A DNA stretch of 64,000 bases from Azolla caroliniana. Its lineage: Eukaryota; Plantae; Polypodiophyta. This document shows positions 48,211 through 59,091 of this stretch, one piece after another (within the stretch, counting starts at the first letter, position 1; every line of letters starts with the position of its first letter). Made by a program: the position numbers and the translations under genes. The notes beneath the pieces are model-generated. The model ran no database searches. It was not told where the DNA came from and saw only the letters and a list, made by a program, of their open reading frames with translations. The DNA lies in NCBI GenBank assembly GCA_043228905.1, contig JBHGNT010000002.1:20646001-20710000 (forward strand). The letters run 5' to 3'.

Positions 48211-51200
48211 CTAACCGGACTGGTTTGTCGTTACGCCCATCTGATGCCGAAGAGACCGAAAGCGGTCTGCCGAAAGACACTTGGTCATTCCATCTGCGAC
48301 ATTGTCGGTTGTGGATATTTTCTCTAGACCGATTTTCCCTGAAATGACGCAGTCCCGAACGAAGTGATATCGAACGTCGATATGCTTGGAGGCGTTGTGG
48401 TGAACCGGATTTTTCGACAGGGCAACAACACCTTGTCTGTCGCTGTAGACAATTGGAGCCGAGTCATGGTTGACTTGTCGAAACGTGTGCGCCAGCCGAC
48501 CGAGCCACAAAGCTTCTTTTGCTGCGTCGGACGCAGCTACATATTCTGCTTCGGTCGTTGAGGTCGCTGTGCACTCCTGAAGTTTCGACTTCCACGAGAT
48601 TGCTCCATTGCCGAACTTGAAGCAGTATCCGGTTGTTGATTTCCGACTGTCTATACAGCCGGCGAAGTCCGAGTCGGTGTAACCGACTACGCCTGAGGTT
48701 CGGTTCGGACCGAAAAGAATGCCGTGGTCTTTTGTGCCAGCCAGATATCTGAACACATGCTTGACTGCGTTCCAATGCGATCGGCCAGGGTTGTGCATAA
48801 ATCTGCTAACGACTCCTACGGCATGAGAAATATCAGGCCGTGTCGCGACCATCAGGTACATAAGGGAGCCGACTGCCGGTGCATACGGTACCGACTTCAT
48901 ATCTTCCCCCTCCGGGCCGGATGTCGGGCAGTCTCGCTGAGAGAGCCGAAGATTCATGGGGAGCGGGGTTGAAGCAGATTTGGCTGATTGCATGTTGAAG
49001 CGTTCTAAGACACGTCCGATATAGTCGGTCTGAGACAAAAAGAGATGTCGTTTATCGCGATGCCGACTAATCTTCATGCCGAGTATGTGTCGTGCCGGAC
49101 CGAGGTCCTTCATTGCAAACTTCAACCGCAGTTGCCGAACGAGATCGGCAAGTTCGCCCGCGTGGCGTCCAGAAAGTAGCATGTCGTCCACGTAGATGAT
49201 GAGGAAGATGGGTGAACCATCTTGAGCTGTGTTGGTGAAGAGACAATGGTCCTCATCGCTTTTTAAGAAGCCGATCGATTGGATGAAGTCGTCGAACTTC
49301 TTGTACCATTGTCGCGGTGCCTGTTTGAGGCCGTATAGACTCTTCCTGAGTCGACAGACTAGATGTTCTTGGCCAGGTGCCACGAAGCCTTTTGGCTGCT
49401 CCATGTAAATTTCTTCCTCGAGATCACCATGGAGGAATGCTGTTTTGACATCTAGCTGAATCAGCTCCAAGTTGTCGGCTGCCACTACGCCGAGCAGAAA
49501 ACGAAGGGTTGTCATTTTCACCACTGGTGAAAAAATCTCGTCGAAGTCGACGCCATATTCTTGTCGGAAGCCCTTCGCAACTAATCTGGCCTTGTACTTT
49601 GGGGTGGTCGAATCAGACGTCTCTTTTAGTCGATAAACCCACTTGCAAGGAAGAGCACGTCGGTTCCTGGGTAAGTCGACCAGATCCCAAGTCTTGTTTG
49701 CCCGGATGGAGTGCATTTCCGACTCCATCGCCAGATGCCAGGTGGCGGAATCGACAGATGTCGATGCTTCTTCGTAAGACGTCGGTTCGCCGGCGTCGGT
49801 GAAGAAAATTCCAGGAGAGTACCTCTCCGGAGGTTGCGACAGTCTCTCGGATCGTCGAGGTATGATTGTACCGGTCGCATCGGGTATCGAGGTCGGATAG
49901 TCCGAAAGCGGATTGTTCTGCTGTGCCGAGTCGGAGTTGTCCGAGTCGGTGGTGTAAGGTTCAGCTACCCGTGAAGCTGACCGTGTGTTGAGAGCAGGGC
50001 CTTCTTGAAGGGTCGGCACATCGGAAAATGTTACCCTTCGGACTTCGATCGATTTTTCGACTGATGGGTTCATAGCCGACTCGTTGAACACAACATCCGA
50101 ACTTCGAACGATTTGTCTGCGTTCGGGGTCCCAGAGTCGGTATCCCATTTCGCCGTCTGATCCATATCCAAGGAGAATGCATTTCCTGGACCGAGGTGCA
50201 AGTTTTCGGCGATCATCTTTCGGAATGAGGGCGTACGCCTCGCATCCGAAGATCCTCAGCTTGTCGTAATTCGGCTTGCTGCCGATCCATAGTTCCTGAG
50301 GAATTTGAAGTCCTAGAGGTCTACTTGGCGACATGTTGATTATGTGTACTGCCGTGAGTAGAGCCTCTGCCCAGAAGCCATCCGACAGTCCGGAGTGTTG
50401 GAGCATGGAAACGATCCGTTCTTGGATTGTCCGATTCATTCGCTCTGCGATCCCGTTTTGCTCCGGACTGTGTGGTGCCGTAAGTTCGCGTCGGATGCCG
50501 CGTTGTCGGCAGAATTTGACGAACTCTTCTGATTTAAACTCTCCCCCATTGTCGGTCCGAAGGCATTTCAGCTTTCGGTCGGTTTGATTTTCTACCATAG
50601 CGAGCCAATCGGAGAAGATCGAGAAGACACGATCTTTGGTGCGAATTGGATAAGCCCACACCTTTCGAGTCGAATCGTCAATAAAAGTGACGAAGTAAGA
50701 TGCACCGCCTAGAGACTGATGCGGCATTGGGCCACAGACGTCCGAATGGACTAAATCGAGAGGTCTCGTTTCTCTTGGTGCTGATGTCGGGTGTGATGTG
50801 GCTGCTTGTTTGCCATACTGACAATGCTCGCAGAATTGATGGTCCGAGAAGGAGAGTTTGGGGATGTATCCGGCTCTAGATAGGTGCGTGATGCCGGCCT
50901 TGCTGAGGTGTCCTAATCTTCGGTGCCATAGTGATGACACAGGAATGTCCACCAAAAACAGGTTACCCTCTCTGAGCGTAACATGTAACGGATACAGTGA
51001 GTGTATCTTGGGTCCTCTAGCAAGCAGGAGGTTCCCCCTGTGGAGTGTCCACCCTCCCGAAGAAAAACCGGCACGAATGCCGTCTTCATCTAGTTGTCCG
51101 ACTGAGATCAATGGCCTTGAGAGCTCGGGTACATGTCGGACATTGTGGAGTACAAGTGTAGAGCCACCTGCAAGGTTGAGCTCTACTGTGCCGATTCCGA

Positions 51201-52227
51201 TGATGTCACAGTGTTGTGAGTTGCCGACCCGAACTGAGTCGGAGTGACGGATCGTATATTGCCGAAATTGGGGCTGATGAGGAGTCACATGAAATGACGC
51301 GCCCGAATCCAAGAGCCATGTGCTCGATTCTTCAGTCGTGAGCAGAACTTCTGAGCCGATTGGATTTTCGATTGATAGTATGTTCGGGTCGTCCGGTAGC
51401 ACATCAGCTGAGAAGCTGACGTAATTGATCTCCTCATGCCGGCCACTCTTTTTGTTGTTCTTGTTCTTGAGTGCGCGGCAGTCGGCTTTGATGTGTCCGG
51501 GTTTCTTGCAATAGTTGCAGATTCGGTTGTCCCGTGACTGGCTCCGTCTTCGCTGATTGTTCGGCGGTCGTGAGGAATCTCTTCCTCGTATGTTCGATCG
51601 GTCTGTCGAACCTTGTACTACGTAAGCGTCGTCTGTTGAGTCTTTGGCGAAAGACTTTCTCCGAGCTGCTTCGGTCAGGATTGCGCTCGTGACTTCGGAG
51701 TATTTAACAGCCGTGGTTGACGCGTTGCACACGGTTGTGACGAAAGTTTCCCATGATGAGGGAAGGCTGCTCATGAGTATCATTGCTCTGAGTTCATCCT
51801 CGATTGCCGTCCCCTGTGACGAGATTTGGGAGCTTATGCTTTCGTACTCATTGAGGTGTGCTTGAACCGAGTCGGATTCTTTCATCCGCAAGTTGTAGAG
51901 GCGCCGGATCAGAAACATCTTCGTTGCGGCGACCTTCTTTTCGTAAGTGTCTGACAGTGTTTTCCACAGTTCGAATGCTGTCGTACACGATTGCACCGTA
52001 AAGTATACCGATTCCGATAGGTGCATCCGAATCGTGGCGCGGACGATTCTGTCCAGCTTCTGCCACTCAATTGGTTTGTATCCTTCTGGAGGTTCTTCAT
52101 TTTCGATGGGATCGATTTGCCCCTTGACTATGAGATAGTCTTGCATTTGTTCCTTCCAGAAGTTGAAGTTCGATCCATCGAACTTGCGTAGACTCATTTC
52201 TGACGAGCCGGATGTTGATGCCATCAA
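48211..52227 (-). CDS. Copia gag-pol polyprotein (Gag, CCHC knuckle, protease, integrase, RT, RNase H)
   Basis: CNYCKKPGHIKADC, WLLDSGAS, HSDVCG/RTDNGGE/GIAER, IYVDD, YTDSD/TEAEY/NVADGMTK. Confidence 0.97.
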   Translation of the reverse strand: MMASTSGSSEMSLRKFDGSNFNFWKEQMQDYLIVKGQIDPIENEEPPEGYKPIEWQKLDRIVRATIRMHLSESVYFTVQSCTTAFELWKTLSDTYEKKVAATKMFLIRRLYNLRMKESDSVQAHLNEYESISSQISSQGTAIEDELRAMILMSSLPSSWETFVTTVCNASTTAVKYSEVTSAILTEAARRKSFAKDSTDDAYVVQGSTDRSNIRGRDSSRPPNNQRRRSQSRDNRICNYCKKPGHIKADCRALKNKNNKKSGRHEEINYVSFSADVLPDDPNILSIENPIGSEVLLTTEESSTWLLDSGASFHVTPHQPQFRQYTIRHSDSVRVGNSQHCDIIGIGTVELNLAGGSTLVLHNVRHVPELSRPLISVGQLDEDGIRAGFSSGGWTLHRGNLLLARGPKIHSLYPLHVTLREGNLFLVDIPVSSLWHRRLGHLSKAGITHLSRAGYIPKLSFSDHQFCEHCQYGKQAATSHPTSAPRETRPLDLVHSDVCGPMPHQSLGGASYFVTFIDDSTRKVWAYPIRTKDRVFSIFSDWLAMVENQTDRKLKCLRTDNGGEFKSEEFVKFCRQRGIRRELTAPHSPEQNGIAERMNRTIQERIVSMLQHSGLSDGFWAEALLTAVHIINMSPSRPLGLQIPQELWIGSKPNYDKLRIFGCEAYALIPKDDRRKLAPRSRKCILLGYGSDGEMGYRLWDPERRQIVRSSDVVFNESAMNPSVEKSIEVRRVTFSDVPTLQEGPALNTRSASRVAEPYTTDSDNSDSAQQNNPLSDYPTSIPDATGTIIPRRSERLSQPPERYSPGIFFTDAGEPTSYEEASTSVDSATWHLAMESEMHSIRANKTWDLVDLPRNRRALPCKWVYRLKETSDSTTPKYKARLVAKGFRQEYGVDFDEIFSPVVKMTTLRFLLGVVAADNLELIQLDVKTAFLHGDLEEEIYMEQPKGFVAPGQEHLVCRLRKSLYGLKQAPRQWYKKFDDFIQSIGFLKSDEDHCLFTNTAQDGSPIFLIIYVDDMLLSGRHAGELADLVRQLRLKFAMKDLGPARHILGMKISRHRDKRHLFLSQTDYIGRVLERFNMQSAKSASTPLPMNLRLSQRDCPTSGPEGEDMKSVPYAPAVGSLMYLMVATRPDISHAVGVVSRFMHNPGRSHWNAVKHVFRYLAGTKDHGILFGPNRTSGVVGYTDSDFAGCIDSRKSTTGYCFKFGNGAISWKSKLQECTATSTTEAEYVAASDAAKEALWLGRLAHTFRQVNHDSAPIVYSDRQGVVALSKNPVHHNASKHIDVRYHFVRDCVISGKIGLEKISTTDNVADGMTKCLSADRFRSLRHQMGVTTNQSG

Positions 52228-52909
52228 ATTCGGTTTCGGTTGACTAAGCTCGGTTCGAAGTTGACTACGAACCTTGTTGGAGTGCAGCCGGTTGGCTCAC
52301 CCGATATCGTTCTAGTCGGATTTGAACCCGAGTCGGTTCGGCTTCTTGTTGAACTTGCTCGAATTGACTCCGGTAGCTGGAGGGACAGAACCGACTGGTC
52401 TTCCCGAATGTTACCGAGTCGGAGTGAGTCCGGTTCGCTTCGGATATATATGCCGAATACCGATTATTAAAACCGATTATCTGGACCGATTCTGCTTCGG
52501 GTGGCTGCAGCGACGAGAGGGATGGATCCAACTGATCCTTTCGAATGTCGATCAGCCAGAAGAAGCACGAATTTGGGGTTGTTGTCTTAAGACCGATCTG
52601 CACCGAGTGGTTACAACGAGCGGCGATTGATGACCTCTTCGGATGCCGTTTAACCGAGTGGAGCACGATCGTGTCAAAGTTTCACAAGGGGAATTTCACC
52701 TCAAGCGGTTACGATCTCGGAGGACAGAGTACAATCTGTTGGCTTACTCCAAGCAAGAATGATCTAACGCGATGAGATGCAAACCTGGTTTTTCTTCTTC
52801 TTCTCTCTTTCTTCGAATGACGCGAATACTGTGCAGGCCGTGATGAAGTGAAGAACCGAATGCTGTGCAGTCGGTGATGACGGCCGATGTTGAATGCTCT
52901 GATACCAGA

Positions 52910-53197
52910 TGTTGAAGATGAAGGTCGTCTTTGGGGAAGATCAAGAAGCATTCGTTTTCTTCTCTGTACCTGCGTATGACTGTTTGTAGGTCGTTGCACA
53001 GAGAGAGAGAGAGAGAGAGAGAGAGGCACAAAAGAGTCTTTATTTCATAAAGAAGAATACAACAAGCCAACCCCACAAAGAGGTTACAAGGTCACTATAT
53101 ATAGGGACCGACTTAGGGCAACTGCCCTTTATGCTAATTACATAAATGGCCAAAACGGGATAGTGTGAATACGTCCATTATACACATGTATTCGACA
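52910..53197 (-). repeat. 5' LTR (288 bp)
   Basis: TG...CA ends, adjacent to the PBS. Confidence 0.97.
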
Positions 53198-55032
53198 GGA
53201 AGAACCCATTCCACCTGACCACCCCCAAGCTATGATCAAGACCTAGCCAACCTACCATCGATGTCCCATACCGCCAAATATTAGGATGACTAATACCTTG
53301 AAAGAGATAACACGATCATCGTGACAAAAGCCTAGCCCGCACCACCAGTGTCTTAAGACGACAACCTTCCAACATAATGTGTCTTATGAGGGTGGCTAAG
53401 CCTTATATTTATACCTCGTCCTAAGCCCCTTGAATAGATGTGCCTTTCTAAAACACTTTGCATTCATTAGTTGTCAATATCATGAAGACTCTCAATTATA
53501 GATCGTCAATTTGTGAAAATATAATGCATTCACCTATCATTCTTTTTATCCAATCACGTTAGTCCCTTTCTAACATTAGTGAACATACCCTTCACTTACG
53601 TAGATATTCGTGACCTACCCTCACCTGCGTTATGTGCACATAACACTCCTCTCCCCCTTTCACCCCATAATGAGTTGCCAGGTTATACTGTGTTTCCCAA
53701 GAATCAAGGTTAAGCATGTGTTGCTTAGTGAACGTGGTTTAACCTTCCCATGCACTAAGGCTAAGCATGTATCGCTACTTGCACATATACTTTAGTTTAC
53801 ACTATGAGTGTTCCTTTTTAGTTTATTATTTATACAATTTCCTATGAGATATGTTTTTAACACAATTTCTATGTTTTTGGTATTTACATTTCTTTATAAG
53901 CTTGAGTTGCAAAATTTGAACCTTGGACTCTCTAAAATTACCTTTTGTATTTAGAATGTTGATTATTACCACCATAATGGTAGGAAAGCCTAAATTGCAA
54001 AAGAAGGTTAAATGGGTGAATGATGATGGGGTAATGGTTGTAATTTGTAAACATTGATAAAGACCTAGTGGTCATTTGATGGGTTATGAAAAGCTTAAAC
54101 GTGGCCCATGGATGGCGCAAGAGAAACCAACAATTGGCGACCAAGCCATAGTCAGATCTACCATATCCCTAAGGATGAGGGTCAAAACCAAAATTGACTT
54201 AACAAAAATGAGGGCCCAAGCAAGCTAACACCCCCCACTCCAAAAACTAAGAGAAATTGTTCATTAAATAGACAAATACAATAAACGAATGTAGAGACGT
54301 GGCGTATGTTGTATGGCAAGTCCGGAAGCACCTAACAAAAAGTCAAAGGTAATTTGAGGGTAATATGCTATCTTGGCTCCTAAAAAGTGCTTGAATAGTG
54401 CAACGAAAGTCCATTTGATCCCTATCATTGGCAATCATGTGACAAGATGCAAAATTAAAGCACCATATGTCAACCCAAAATTGTCAACCAAGTGAAAGGA
54501 AAATCAAATAGGCCAAATGGTCCAATGTAAAAACACCTACCAATTGACCATATATAAGGCCACATGTTCAACATGAATGAGACGTTATATTGCCCATTAA
54601 ACCCCAAATGTCAACAACGACCATCAAGGTCCAATTGAACTTGTAGCCCACACTGACACAAGGCATGATTAAATTCACAACCAAGTTTTCTATTTGTACG
54701 ATTTAGTTGTATTCCTGTAGAGTAAGGCAACGACGATTGTGAGTTCAAACTGATAATCCTATTTTTCTAACCAATTTATTTCTTTACTTATCTTTTGTGT
54801 CATTCTTACTTTTTGCTTTTGCACCCTTCTTTCTCCATTACCTCCCATACTCCAACCTCTCTTTCTTCCTTTAGTCAAACATGTTACCCCCATCCTCATG
54901 CATTTTCTAGAATATTCCTAGCTTACATGCATACCTCCACCTTCTTGTATAAATACTCGGGTGCACCTTGATTCTAATCAAGGTGAACAAAACCAGTTGC
55001 AGAAGCATAAATTCAATTCTTGTTCTCTTGTC

Positions 55033-55072
<40 letters not shown>

Positions 55073-56070
55073 ATTTAGTCTCGTCTTAGTTCTACTTGTA
55101 CGTGACAATAACATCAAATTGACATCATCACTTCCACATATAAACCATTCTTAATTCATGTGAAACCCAATATAAAGGGCATCTCATCTTATGTGTGGGG
55201 GACAATAAAAGAGCAATGTGGCTGTTAAAATCTCAAGAGGGTTGAAACACAAGGTGTAATAATATGTATGTTAATATTTTATTAATAAAATCAATTTTAT
55301 TTTTCATTTGTATATTTTTTTTCCAAAGAAGAATATACTCCATTAGTTAAAATGACATACAATACACAACTTTAGACATTACCTACTTCCATATGGGCTA
55401 CATCACTTATTTATCTTACACTAAATAGCCCACATGTTTGTTCTCCATGTTTGTTGTGTCATTCACGCCCCTCTATCATCTAATGGGAGGGGGGAACAGC
55501 CATCTCGGTACTACGTACTACCATCATATATCCACTCCAATTTCTGCAGCCATCAGTGTAGTACACCATCTTTTTCTGAAATTCAACCTCATTAAATCTG
55601 AAGCATTATCTGTTCCATCAATCCGCTCATATTGGGCCCTCAATGTAGTTATTAATGTTTGCCATATTAGCTTAATAGATTCTGCTGGAGGCCGTTTATT
55701 TGCTGAAAATACCCTGGTACATCTTGCAGTCCAAATGTTCCATATGATAATGGGTGCTAGCAACATCCATAGATCTTCAGTTTTCTGCTTCTGGGCATTA
55801 CTTCTAGGTGCATTGTTACCAGCGATCAATCGAATAGTTCCATTCTCCCCTTTGTACATAGTTGTACATGTGCTATCAAATTTCTCTACGTCATCATCAA
55901 GACAATTCCAACAAGCATGTCCCCAATTGAGGGTAAATGAGCTAGAGGCATGGCAAAGCAATCGTAATGCCCTTCTCCATACAACCGTAGCCTCATGACA
56001 TTCCCAAAGACAATGGGAAATGCTTTCTAGTTGTCCACATGCACTACATCTAGGGTCTACATTGGGGCCT

Positions 56071-56842
56071 TGACGGGAACTCAACGCTCCTTATGCACAA
56101 AGCTCGGCCACAACCGAGATTCTTTTCATACACAGAAAACAGGAAACGAAAACACGACTCAAAGGAGAGGAAGGTACACAGGAGGTTTACGTGGAAAACC
56201 CCCAAACTAGGGGAAAAACCACGGCAGCCCACAGGCTGCAAACTGTCACTATCTAGGAATATACAACAGTGAGTTCACTGAGGCACCGACCTTGTGCTCA
56301 CAGATCTTCGCCACACGCGGCGGTTACAACAGAGGCAACGACCTCTTTCTCTCTCTCTCTCTCTGTACACTATTACGTGCTCTCTCTTCTTCTTGCACCA
56401 ACAAAGAAAAAGTAACAACAACCTTTTTCTAAAAGTTTGCCCTAAGTCATATTTATACTAATATGACTTTTCGGCTATTTACAAATGTAGCCTCGATAGG
56501 CTCTCAGAAACATATTTACGAATATGTCTCTTCATCCGGTTCTCACCGGGTCTGTACCATCCGGCTCTCCGTAGCCGGGTATTCCTCATCCGGTCTTCAC
56601 CGGGTCTATATCATCCGGCTCTCCGTAGCCGGGTACTCCTCATCCGGTTCATACTGGGTTTGTATCATCCGGCTCTCCGTAGCCGGGTACTCCTCATCCG
56701 GTTCATACCGGGTCTGTATCATCCGGCTCTCCGTAGCCGGGTCCTACTCATACGGTTTCGGCTCGGCCTATCGGCTGAGGTCGAGTTTGTTCATCGGCAC
56801 TGTTCTTCTCCCTTCCCATCCGGAGGGACCTGTCTCCCAATA
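56071..56842 (-). mobile_element. Solo LTR with TSD GGCCT inserted in the LINE
   Basis: TGACGGGA...TCCCAATA, perfect TSD, family motif TTTACGTGGAAAACCC...AAAAACCACGG. Confidence 0.9.
56530..56750. repeat. 54-bp tandem repeat (4 copies) inside the LTR
   Basis: CATCCGGCTCTCCGTAGCCGGG at 56558, 56612, 56666 and 56720. Confidence 0.93.
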
Positions 56843-59091
56843 GGCCTTTAGCCCACGCCCCTACTGGCAAGGCTCTATGCACAATAAGCCATAAGCACAT
56901 CATTATCTTGCCGCAATATGCCATATTGTGGCCATTAGAACCTGATTTGCAATCACAATCTTGGCTGCAAAGGATATTTTTCTTGCATTCCACCATATTA
57001 ACTTCGCTTTTATTTTGTCCACAAGTAGAGTGTAGTGTTCTAAGCGATCAATGTCCATCCCGATTTTGAAACCCAAGTATCTAGTAGCTTCTCCTCTCCT
57101 CAACCATCTGAAATTAGGGTCTAGAGCCCAATTTACCATAGGCTTATTGCTAATCTAAATGCCCACTGATTTATTCCAGTTTATTTTCCCTACAAAACTC
57201 ATTTATTGCACTTTGTAGTTTGTCCAAGTTGTTTGCATCCCCCTTAACATAGGTTGTTGTATCATCAACGTATTCTGTATCAAGCATCATTCCTGCATCC
57301 TCGAGTAGGGAAGGGCCTTGTATTTGCCAATATCTATCACCAGTCTGATAATGCAAAGCCTCCACTGCAATAATGAATAGGTATGGGGCCAATGGGCATC
57401 CTTGGCGTACCGATCGTGTCATCCTAAAGCTCTTCCCCAAGCTTCCAGCCATTAAAACCTGGCTGGAAGCATCCCTATAAAAGGCAGCTAATCCAAGGAT
57501 CCATTACTGCTCAAAGCCTAGGGCATCCATCACTGCTTCTAGGAATTCCCATGAGATCCTGTGATATGCTTTTTCGAAATAGAGTAACATTATTGCTAGG
57601 TCCACTCCTTGCTCCTCTGCCCATGCTGAATACTCCCAAAAAGTTATCACATTGTCAACAATGCTCTGGTTTTCGAGGAAGCTAGTTTGCAATGTATGTA
57701 TTATGTCCCCTAGGACCATTTTCAATCGACTACTTACAACTTTACCCAGGATCTTATAGGCATTAGTGAGAATCGTCAAAGGTCGCCAATTATCAAGCAT
57801 AGTTAGATCTTTCCCATCCTTGGGAATTAAATAAATCATTCCTTGACACATTGTCAGAGGCATTAAACCTTCAGCCATAATGTATTGCATCCCTTCCAAC
57901 ATGTCATCCTTAATTAGATCCCAATATTTGATGTAAAAATATATAGGGAGTCCATCAATGCTTGCACAGCTTTGTTTGTTCATATTTGAAATTGCATCCC
58001 ACAATTCTTGTATACAAATAGGGGTATTTAGATGGTCCATCATCTAAGCCAAAACTCTCTTCGATATCCTGTTTATTATATTTCTAAAGGCATCCTGCTC
58101 AATATGTTCCTCGTTGCATACATTCAGTAGTTGCATATAATAGCTCGTGGCCATTTCAAGCATTTCCTCTACGCATGTGGTCATTGTGCCATCTGTCTTT
58201 TTCAAACATGAAGGTTGGGTCCCAGAGCCTTTGCATTTTACAGCGTCAAAAAAACCTTCCATAACACGATCTCCTACCCTCATCCAATTTACTGCTTTAC
58301 TACGATAGGCATTAGTAGTCCTTAGTTTTTGATACATATCCAGTTTGCATTTTGCCTCCTCTAGTCGGGCTCAATCCATACATTATTCGGGTATTGTTCT
58401 CTTAGTCCCTGCATTGAAGCAAGTGTCCATTGCATTCTCTGTAGTTTCTCCTTCATCTCTTTTCTAATTTTAGTTCCTTTCTTCCGAAAGAAACATGCAC
58501 ATTCCTCAATTTTCCTAGCCAGCCTATGAGCGGGATCATGATACATCCATTTGACATTAGACCATAGTCTTCTTATATCATTAGTCCATTTATTGTCCAT
58601 GACCAACTCCTTGTTCACCTTCACATTATGTGGATTGCATCACATGTTTTCTTTTATATGTAACAGGATTGGTGCATGGTCTGAGAACATCGTTCCAGGA
58701 CAAATTATGCATTTGCCTTTCATATCTATGAGCCGAGGGTCCAAATACCATCTGTCCAACCTGGACATTGTCCTCCCATGAACGCTTCCTCCTACTCTAG
58801 AGTATAGAAGAGATTTTTCTTTTTGCATCTGAAAGTTAGATGCATTCCAACAGTCTATCACATTATATGCTAAACAAAACTTATCCCATGGCACATCTTT
58901 TTCCGCCCCTTGCACCGTGCCATTCGCATTTCCGCTTCTATCTTCTTGTTGCTCCACCATTTTAAAATCTCCTCCAATGATCCACAGATCTGCGTCCGAT
59001 TTCTTGTCCACTAGTTGCAACCAAAATTCCTTTCTTTCAGTAGTAGAATTTGGGGCATATATGTTTAGTATGCCCAAGTGCCCATATCTAT

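Larger units (their letters stand above)
47728..53197 (-). mobile_element. Intact full-length Ty1-copia LTR retrotransposon
   Basis: LTRs 47728-48017 and 52910-53197 identical except one GA unit. TSD GGAAG, PBS (TGGTATCAGAGC) at 52896-52907, PPT next to 48018, single 1338-aa ORF. Confidence 0.98.
55316..59091 (-). mobile_element. Decayed L1-like LINE ORF2 (EN-RT-zf-RVT), interrupted by LTR insertions
   Basis: NIYAPN/GGDF/SRLDR/SDH (EN), WRPLT/FEKAY/VRQGCPLAP/YVDD (RT), CSACGQLESISHCLWEC (zf-RVT). A short poly(T) at about 55316 is the likely tail. Confidence 0.88.

Noticed and set aside
48364-52138. Many short antisense or alternate-frame ORFs in the copia
   Set aside because: Shadow ORFs of the GC-rich polyprotein.
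54460-55110. LTR-like segment (TATAAATA, (CT)n, ending TGACA)
   Set aside because: No matching 5' end or TSD could be identified.
56463-56851. Repetitive ORFs (IIRLSVAGYSSSG)n
   Set aside because: Translation of the 54-bp LTR tandem repeat.
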